A DNA stretch of 64,000 nt, taken from contig CM121342.1 in assembly GCA_051530055.1 (NCBI GenBank), positions 5,021,489 through 5,085,488 of the forward strand, given 5' to 3'. How positions within the stretch are numbered: position 1 is the first letter of the stretch; each line of letters starts with the position of its first letter. The notes below the pieces were generated by a model. It made no database searches and was not told the origin of the DNA. It saw only the letters and a list, made by a program, of their open reading frames with translations. The translations under genes were made by a program, and so were the position numbers. The DNA comes from Neoechinorhynchus agilis. Taxonomy: Eukaryota > Animalia > Acanthocephala. This document shows positions 59,660 through 64,000 of this stretch, one piece after another.

Positions 59660-62290
59660 GTGACGCAACCGTAAAGACCCAGCCATCGAAAATAACGAAA
59701 ATGTCACGAAACGGGACTAACCTGTGTTATTTCTGTGGACTTAAACGGCATCCTCGATTTCAGTGCCCGGTGAAAGAGGCCGTCTGTTACTGCTGCTCCC
59801 AGCAGGGCCACTTCGCTAGGGTTTGTAAGACTAAAGGAAAATTGACGAATAATAGCGTAGCTTCGATTTTTCTTGCGACCAGCAATCTCGAAGCTCAGTC
59901 CGACAAACGTGTTCAAATCTCGGATACTGGAAGTGTTTTAAACTTCATCGATATGAGCGCGACCCGAAAACTACGAAAACGTTACACGCCTGTTAATCTC
60001 AACGTCCTGATATCCGTGGGTAATTCGTCTCGAAAAGTGTTGGGAAAATGCCTGGTGGACATACAGTATGAACAAAGAAACTATTTGAACGTGGAATTGT
60101 TTGTATTATACGATTTATGTTCCGATGTTATCCTTGGAATACCTTTTATTCGCGCACATTCTAAGATGCGGATAAAACCGGGGTCGGTCAATACCAAGCA
60201 GTCTCACTATTCACGCCTACTCTTTGAGAATTTGAGCGAAGACACGACTCCGATCGTAACCAAGTCGAGAAGGCACAATGAAGAAAATTCGACGTTTATC
60301 CGCGCAGAAATCAATCGACTATTGCGAGATTAAGTCATAGGACCCGCGAACTCACCTTGGCGAGCCCAAGTTATTGTCGTCAAGCGCGAAAATGGGAAAA
60401 AGCGACTTGTCGTTGACTCTTCGCAGACTATAAATAGGTTCACGTACTTGGACGCTTATCCGCTTCCCAAATTAAGCTCTCTTGTAAACGAAATCGCAAA
60501 ATATAGATATTTCAGCCACTTAGACCTAAAGGACGCTTACTATCAGGTACCTATACAGATCAAAGAGCGCAATTTTACAGCTTTCGAAGCTTGCGGAAAA
60601 CTCTATCGCTTTACGCGATTCCCCGTGGGAGTGGCCGCCTTTCAGAGATCCATGAACCACGTAATCGATGGAAACGAATTAAAAGCTACCTTTGCCTATT
60701 TGGACGACGTTATTGTATGCGGCGAAACCCGTGAAGAACAAGATGTCAATCTAAACCGTTTTAAAAAGTCACATCGCTTGCCGGATTGAAGTTGAACGAA
60801 GCAAAGAGTACGTTTTGCAAAGAAACCATTCGAGTATTAGGATACGAGATCGGCGCAGGACAGCTGAAACCAGATCCTTCGCGGCATAAACCCTTGGACG
60901 AAATCCGAACTCCATCAAACAAAGCGACCCTAAGGCGTTTATTGGGATTTTTTGCGTATTACAGTCGGTGGATTTCTAATTATTCCACCAAAATCCAACC
61001 GCTAATCGCTGCCGACTTTTCTTTTCCTCTTGATCACAAAGAAATCGATGTCATTCGCAGCTTGAAGGAAGATATTAAAAAAGCTACTGTGAATGCGATT
61101 AAGGACGATGGAAAATTCACTCTGGAATGCGACGTGTCAGACAATGCCATAGGGGCGGCCCTTTTTCAGAACGACGGACCTGTAGCGTTTTATAGTCGAA
61201 CATTATCGAAATATGAAAAACGCTATCATATCATCGAAAAAGAAGCATTAGCCGTGGTCGATTCGATAAGAGAATGGAAGTGCTACCTCTCAACGCGCCA
61301 TTTCACCGTTATCACAGATCAGCGTTCCATTTCCTTCATGTTAAATCAACGACACACCGGGAAGATCCGGAACGACAAGATTTTGCGGTGAAAGCTACAG
61401 TTATCAATGTTCTCCTATAGTATCCGATTCCGACCCAGTAAAGACAATTTGAGTGCGGGCGCACTATCGAGAAACGTATGTGCGTCAATGAACATATCGT
61501 TCAATAAATTAAAAGACGTTCATCGGTCTCTCGGTCATCCTGGAAACACTAGACTACTCCATTTCATTCGACAGCAAACCTTACCGTTCGATTTGAATGA
61601 CGTGCGAAAGATCACTGCAGAATGTCCCATTTGCTGCCACTTGAAACCTCGCTTTTTCAAACCTCAATCGAGCTTGAAATTGATAAAAACGATGGCGCCC
61701 TGGGAGAGGATCCCCGTGGACTTCAAAGGACCCTTACCAACGTCACCGCACGGATGCAAATATTTATTCATGGCAATAGACGAGTTTTCTCGTTACCCTA
61801 TAGCATTCGCTTGTAAGGACACCTCGGCTGACGAATATTCTCGCTCTTTGGATGTCCCTCCTTTATTCACTCTGATCGCGGCTCCTGCTTCACCTCTGGA
61901 ACATTACGCGATTGGCTAACTTCGCTAAGGATATGCTCAAGTCACACAACCTCCTATCGTCCTCAGGCCAATGGACAATGTGAACGTCTCAATGGTACCC
62001 TTTGGAAGACGATCCTCCTAACATTGGAAGACAAGTCTTAACCAATAACAAAGTGGGACGGAGCGTTGGTACAAGCTCTGGGAAATCTAAGATCGCTGCT
62101 TTGTACCTCTACTGGAAAGACACCTCACGAGCGAATGTTCTGCTATGAAAGGAGAGTACCGATTGGAATTAACCTTGCTAGATGGCTCCGATCTGGAGAA
62201 TCCGTATGGGTGAAGAATGGGCCCGCGAAATCGAAAAGTGAAGATTCTGTCCAAAAAGCCAAATTGATCGATGTCAATGAAAAATAGTGT
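59660..62290 (+). mobile_element. Degenerate Ty3/Gypsy gag(CCHC)-protease-RT-RNaseH-integrase
   Basis: CYFCGLKRHPRFQC and CYCCSQQGHFARVC knuckles, DTGS protease, LDLKDAYYQ and YLDD RT motifs, CDVSDNAIGA RNaseH, HRSLGH...CPIC and PWERIPVDFKGP integrase. Several stops and frameshifts. Confidence 0.9.
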
Positions 62291-62639
62291 ATAGTTAAAT
62301 ACCCTGATGGACGTCAGGACTCAGTCTCGACACAAAGAATAGCCCCGCTTGCGATACGAGCGCTTCGGGCGTTACAGTGAAGGAATCTCAAGTGCCGGAA
62401 GGTGGGGTACCGAATGACATTACATTTGATGTTGAAAAAGAAGATTGACGGGCAACCTACTTCAGACGAGCCTGCTGAACATACTTCGGATAGCGCTCAG
62501 CCGCATCCGAAGGTACAGGGTCAACCCTCTTCTGGGACCGAAGCGGAAATCGCATTATCATATTTGGTCAAAAGTCACAAGAGTCAAAGATCACTAAATT
62601 TGCAAGATTCATTAAAATTAGGGAGCGTTGAAGAAGTAC

Positions 62640-62970
62640 AAGTTATGGAGACGGAATTTCCAACACCTTCTGAAATAAATCGATGGAGGTGTTTTCATCA
62701 ACACTCTACTTCTGAACATAGGCGCCGACGTTTACGAATTCGTCGAAGAGGAGACCTCTCTAGATGATGCTCTGAAAACTTTAGATCGTTTATTCCTTAA
62801 AGAAAGCAACGAAATCATGGCCAGGTATTTCTTGTCCATACGATAACAGGCAGACAACGAAGATATCGACAAATTTATTCAATCTCTCCGATCGTCGGCT
62901 AAAAATTGTCATTTCAAAAATGTGTCCGCTGAGGAAGCTCGGGACGATTCCCTTCTCGTGTCGTATTACT
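62640..62970 (+). mobile_element. Gypsy-type gag N-terminal fragment downstream of the integrase
   Basis: Manual translation LLNIGADVYEFV...NEIMARYFLSIR*QADNEDIDKFIQSLRSSAKNCHF resembles Gypsy/Mag gag N-termini. Confidence 0.55.
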
Positions 62971-63299
62971 GATCTCAACCGACTCTTGCAGTATGATTGG
63001 GTTCAAGCATGGGACACCCTCAACAATTTCACACTTAGTACAATTGCCACGAGTAATCGTGAATGCTATGATCAACAACCGACCCCACTTGCGACCAGGT
63101 ATATGGATGTCTTGGCATCGGCATTTATCTATGGTATCGATACTATCTTACAAAACAATCGAGAATCCGCGGCAATTAGTCTTCTCAAAAATCAATCACG
63201 AATAACGACAATATCGATGTTCTTAATTCTAAGATGGAGGAATTTACCCTGAAAATAATGGCCGACTTGAGGATCAATGCGGCTATGCAACAGTTCAAG

Positions 63300-64000
63300 T
63301 TGGGAGTGATTCGCAAAGTCCCAATGCAACAGATTTGCCGGAAGATGTCGAAATGTAAACTGGAGTGATTCACAAAGTCTCAATGAGTGAGATTTGCCGT
63401 ATGTAAAAATATCCACTGGAGTGATTCGTAAAGTTCCAATGCAACAGATTTGCCAGAAGCTGCCAAAATATCCACTGGAGTGATTCGTAAAGTCCCAATG
63501 CAACAGATTTGCCGGAAGCTGCCAAAATATCCACTGGAGTGATTCGTAAAGTTCCAATGCAACAGATTTGCCAGAAGCTGCCAAAATATCCACTGGAGTG
63601 ATTCGTAAAGTTTCAACGCGACAGACTTGCCGGAAGATGTCAAAATATCAACTGGAGTGATTCGTAAAGTTCCAATGCAACAGATTTGCCAGAAGCTGCC
63701 AAAATATCCACTGGAGTGATTCGTAAAGTTTCAATGCAACAGACTTGCCGGAAGATGTAAAAATATCCACTGGAGTGATTCACAAAGTTCCAATGCAACA
63801 GATTTGCCAGAAGCTGCCAAAATATCCACTGGAGTGATTCACAAAGTCTCAATGCAACAGATTTGCCAGAAGCCGCCAAAATATCCACTGGAGTGATTCG
63901 CAAAGTTTCAATGCAACAGATTTGCCAGAAGCTGCCAAAATATCCACTGGAGTGATTCACAAAGTCTCAATGCAACAGATTTGCCGGATGTCAAAATATC
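63300..64000. repeat. 59-bp minisatellite, about 12 copies, running off the window
   Basis: Unit CTGGAGTGATTCGTAAAGTTCCAATGCAACAGATTTGCCAGAAGCTGCCAAAATATCCA. Confidence 0.95.

Noticed and set aside
63185-63960. Minus-strand repetitive ORFs (and similar ORFs at 26026-26923 and 43087-43284)
   Set aside because: These are translations of tandem repeats whose unit lengths (59 and 281 bp) do not keep frame. The 105-bp case has only two copies and no other coding support.

Overview
Gene-dense, AT-rich eukaryotic (animal-like) DNA with mostly 30-60 nt GT-AG introns. The organism cannot be named from the sequence alone. Recognisable genes: an SLC22-like transporter (disrupted), NOP10, CHERP, an atypical Kv subunit, glutaredoxin, a Maf-like pyrophosphatase, an 8-finger C2H2 protein, a long BEACH/PH/WD40 gene, ACAT1-type thiolase, ZRANB2, kinesin-13, a catalase-fold protein, CIAO1, and degenerate LINE and Ty3/Gypsy fragments at the right end. 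Repeats are abundant: minisatellites, foldback MITE-like elements, two oppositely oriented 281-bp arrays and a 255-bp x12 array. Main observations: (1) eight introns in seven genes have 6-14 bp inverted repeats near their ends, each with a different sequence, and in most of them GT-AG splicing does not give the homology-predicted junction, suggesting hairpin-bounded, possibly transposon-derived non-canonical introns alongside normal ones; (2) an intact 515-aa catalase homolog has all three catalytic residues replaced (His to Phe, Asn to Ser, proximal Tyr to His); (3) the 255-bp array varies almost only at synonymous third positions and by in-frame indels; (4) splice acceptors sit 0-7 nt before the ATG of at least eight genes, consistent with SL trans-splicing. 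A few frameshifts look like assembly indel errors, so junction-level claims need RNA evidence.
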